A stretch of 61,176 bases of DNA from Pseudomonadota bacterium (lineage in GTDB: Archaea; Thermoplasmatota; SW-10-69-26; JACQPN01; JAJPHT01), in assembly GCA_021325135.1 (NCBI GenBank), contig JAJPHT010000010.1:1-61176 (forward strand), read 5' to 3'. This document shows positions 58,443 to 61,176 of the stretch, piece after piece. Every line of letters starts with the position of its first letter. Within the stretch, counting starts at the first letter, position 1. The position numbers and the translations under genes are program-made. The notes below the pieces were generated by a model. That model did not search any database. It saw nothing but the letters and a program-made list of their open reading frames with translations, and was not told where the DNA came from.

Positions 58443-59795
58443 TCACGCCCGGCGCCTGCCAAGGACCTTGCCGGCGGCGCGCTTGAGCATCCCGGCGCCC
58501 TCGGCCCACGTCCCTGCGGCGAGGGGCCACGCCCCCGTCTCGCGCCTCACGATGATCCAGAGCGCGATCGTGCCCAGGGTGAAGGCGGTCGTCGTCGCGA
58601 TGGCCGCTCCGGTGATGCCGTAGCGCTGGATGAGCAGCAGGTTGAGGGGCAGGTTGATGGCGACCTGCGCGGCGCCCACGAGGATGAGGCGCCCGGCCTT
58701 GTCGTGGACCATGAGCACGCTGGTCGCGGGGACGGCCAGCGCGCCGAAGATGCCGAAGAGGGTGAGGATGAGGAGCGGCACGTAGCCCGCGCCGAAGCCC
58801 GGGCCATAGAAGGAGAGGATGACGCGCCCCAGGAGGAGATAGCCCGTCGCGATGGCGAGGGCGAGGAGGAGCGCCAGGAACGTGCCGCGCTGGTAGGCGT
58901 GCGCCGTGGACTCGCCCTTCCCGGCGAGGCGCGACATCACGGGGACGAGCGCCACGCCGATGGCGACGCTGGCCGTGACCATGACGAACGTGAGCGAGAA
59001 GGCCGCCTGGTAGACGCCCGCCTGCGAGTTGTCCAGGAAGTGGCTGATGAGCAGCGTGTCGGTCCAGATGAGGCTGCTGTTGAGGAACGTCGCCAGCGCG
59101 ATGCGGCTGCCGTGGCTGACGAGATAGCTTGCGACGCCGCGGTCGAAGCGCAGGCGCCACGGGGAGCGCCAGTAGAGCGCGAAGCCGACGCTCATGGCCA
59201 GCGTGCCCAGGACGCTCGTGAGGATGGAGGTCGCGACGTTGAAATGCCGGGTGAGCACGAGGACGCCCACGGCGAGGAGCGTGAAGGTGGGGCCCAGCGC
59301 GATGAGGACGTTGCGGAAGACCATGCGGTTCTCGGCCTCGAAGCGCGCGGCGCCGATCTCCTGGAAGACGCCCACCACCAGCACGAGGCTCGTGAGGACG
59401 ACGGCCCACCACGGCACCGAGAAGAAGGAGCCCAGCGGGACGCTGAAGGCGGCGATGAGCGCGACGAAGAAGCTCGTGCCGATGAGCTTGAGCAGCAGGC
59501 TCGTGCCGAAGACCTTGGCCGCCGGCTCGCCGCGGTGGTAGACGACGATGCTGGGGTTGTGCGTGAAGTTGGAGAGGCTGCGGCCGAACTCGCTGATGCC
59601 GAAGGAGACGGCGAGGACGCCCACGCCCGCGGGCCCCAGGGCGCGCGCCGTGATGAGGCCCGCCAGGAAGCCGAAGAAGTTGCCCGCCGCGAGGCCCGCG
59701 AGGTTCGCCGCGCTGTTGAAGAGCACGCTGGGCCCGGCCGTCTCGGCCTCCGCCTTGGCGAGGGCGGCCTGGTCAGCCGTGAAGGGCTCGGCCAT
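58443..59795 (-). CDS. Oligosaccharide flippase (Wzx/MOP family)
   Basis: AR.LGP...G, D.LLI..F.....AGVY.AA, N..LN.LLI..YGI.GAAIAT. Confidence 0.9.
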   Translation of the reverse strand: MAEPFTADQAALAKAEAETAGPSVLFNSAANLAGLAAGNFFGFLAGLITARALGPAGVGVLAVSFGISEFGRSLSNFTHNPSIVVYHRGEPAAKVFGTSLLLKLIGTSFFVALIAAFSVPLGSFFSVPWWAVVLTSLVLVVGVFQEIGAARFEAENRMVFRNVLIALGPTFTLLAVGVLVLTRHFNVATSILTSVLGTLAMSVGFALYWRSPWRLRFDRGVASYLVSHGSRIALATFLNSSLIWTDTLLISHFLDNSQAGVYQAAFSLTFVMVTASVAIGVALVPVMSRLAGKGESTAHAYQRGTFLALLLALAIATGYLLLGRVILSFYGPGFGAGYVPLLILTLFGIFGALAVPATSVLMVHDKAGRLILVGAAQVAINLPLNLLLIQRYGITGAAIATTTAFTLGTIALWIIVRRETGAWPLAAGTWAEGAGMLKRAAGKVLGRRRA

Positions 59796-60612
59796 AGACC
59801 CCCTCCAGGTCGTCCACGACGCGCGTCCACAGGAACCCCTTCGCGCGCTCCCGGGCGACGGTCCCCCGCCGGGCCCGCTCCTCCGCGTTTGATAGCATGC
59901 CCGCCAGCGCGCCGCGCAGCGCGTCGGGGTCGCGCGGCGGGACGACGACGCCCGCGTCGCCCACCACGTCGGGCATGCCCCCCGCGGTCGTGGCGACGAC
60001 GGCGCGCCCCTGCGCCATGGCCTCCAGGAGGACGAGCCCGAACGCCTCGTAGTGGCTGGGCAGGACGAAGACGTCCGCCGCGGCGTAGGCGTCGCGCGGC
60101 TCGGGGACGGGGCCCAGGAAGCGCACATTGGCGGGCGCCTCGCGCCGCGCCCGCGCGAGGGCCCCCGCGTCGCGGCCGCACACGGCGACCGTGGCGGGGA
60201 GGCCGCGCGCCGCCCGCGCGAGGTCCAGGAGCCCCTTGTCGTGGGCGAGCCGCGCGAGGAAGACCACGAGGGGGCCTTCGTCCAGGCCGTGCGCCTTGCG
60301 GAAGCCCGCGCCGTCGCCGGGCTCGAACGCGGAGGCGTCGATGCCGTTGGGCACCACGTCCACCCGGGAGGGATCGACGCCAAGCGCCGCGTAGTGCGCG
60401 ATCTCGTGCCGCGTGACCGCGACGCAGCGCGCGGCGGCCCCCAGCGCGCGGCGTCCGCGCATGGCGTCGTAGCGCCACTTGGCGAGGCCCGCCAGCGCAT
60501 TCTCGGCGGGGTAGAATCCGTGCGCCGTGACCACGAGGGGCCGGCCCGTCGCGCGCGAGGCCGTGGCGCCCGCCTCCACCGTGGCGAAGCGGTAGGAATG
60601 GGCGTGGTACGC
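59773..60612 (-). pseudogene. GT4 family glycosyltransferase, 5'-truncated
   Basis: HAHSY, VT.HG, VVPNGID, KG, FVLPS.YEAFGLVLLEAMA; in-frame TAA about 9 codons upstream of YHAHSY, so the normal N-terminus is absent. Confidence 0.75.
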
Positions 60613-60765
60613 CGGAGGGCGTGGAATGTGCTTGTCTTAGGGTTTCGCGTTAGTCGCCCCGGCACACCCTTGGACGGCGATGTCATGCCTTCGAAATCTT
60701 GGCGGGAGGCGAAAAGCGGCCCGCATCCTCGCTTCGGCCCATCATCTTCTCTTGACGACGACGGA

Positions 60766-61155
60766 CTAAGTGGTCAGGAGCGGGTGCGTCCCCTCTTGGA
60801 CGGCGCTCTCCACGGGAGGCTCCTCGGGCGGATTTTCGGTCCATTTGCGTATCCAATCCGCCGTCGTCGTGCGTTTTGAGGGCTTGCGGCGGTGGCCCGG
60901 CGGCATGAGCAGGGTGAGGTCCGCGCGCAGGCTCCGCTCCAGCGCGACGGGTTCCGTGCTGTTCGGGCGGATGGTGCCGAAGTCCACCATGCCCACCACC
61001 AGAATGTGCTCATCCACCCGTCGCACGGTGGGGAGGATGACCGGGTAGTCGGGAAACGTCGCCTCGACCCGCCGCGCAAACGTCGTCTTGGACGGGGCGT
61101 ATCCGGCGTACCATTCCTCTGGGGCTCCTTGGGCTTGTCCGATGTACGTTGCCAT
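60766..61155 (-). CDS. Hypothetical protein in a compositionally distinct segment
   Basis: 129-aa ATG ORF with GGAG SD upstream; less GC3-biased than host genes. Confidence 0.5.
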   Translation of the reverse strand: MATYIGQAQGAPEEWYAGYAPSKTTFARRVEATFPDYPVILPTVRRVDEHILVVGMVDFGTIRPNSTEPVALERSLRADLTLLMPPGHRRKPSKRTTTADWIRKWTENPPEEPPVESAVQEGTHPLLTT

Positions 61156-61176
61156 TGACGGTGACTCTCCTGTGAC

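Noticed and set aside
60577-60579. GTG 60579 as the true start of the glycosyltransferase
   Set aside because: GT4-like sequence (HAHSY) continues upstream of it, so it is an internal Val of a truncated gene.

Overview
High-GC archaeal chromosomal segment, most likely a Thermoplasmatota lineage. This is inferred from the archaeal ribosomal proteins uS12, uS7, L7Ae, eS28 and eL24, AglB, membrane-anchored LonB, archaeal NMNAT and PRPP synthase, and a Thermoplasma-like initiator tRNA. About 55 CDSs cover translation, three ABC-2 exporter modules, three sensor kinases, metabolic enzymes (SpeA, GlyA, ALDH, acyl-CoA dehydrogenase, M1 aminopeptidase), N-glycosylation and several orphan membrane or secreted proteins. 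No CRISPR array, rRNA, integrase or transposase was seen. The most unusual non-coding signals are: (1) an exact copy of the first 45 nt of tRNA-iMet just upstream of the intact gene, split at position 21/22 by a 48-nt hairpin insert and preceded by the apparent promoter; (2) three copies of a ~115-125 bp palindromic element built from 9-nt units, one with a flipped core; (3) a well-formed kink-turn in the rpl7ae 5' UTR; (4) GGGGGC-N3-GCCCCC REP-like palindromes. Foreign-looking DNA includes a low-GC orphan PD-(D/E)XK-like gene, a Fic gene beside the tRNA, and a segment at the right edge that truncates a GT4 glycosyltransferase. All product calls come from motif recognition by eye; no searches were run.
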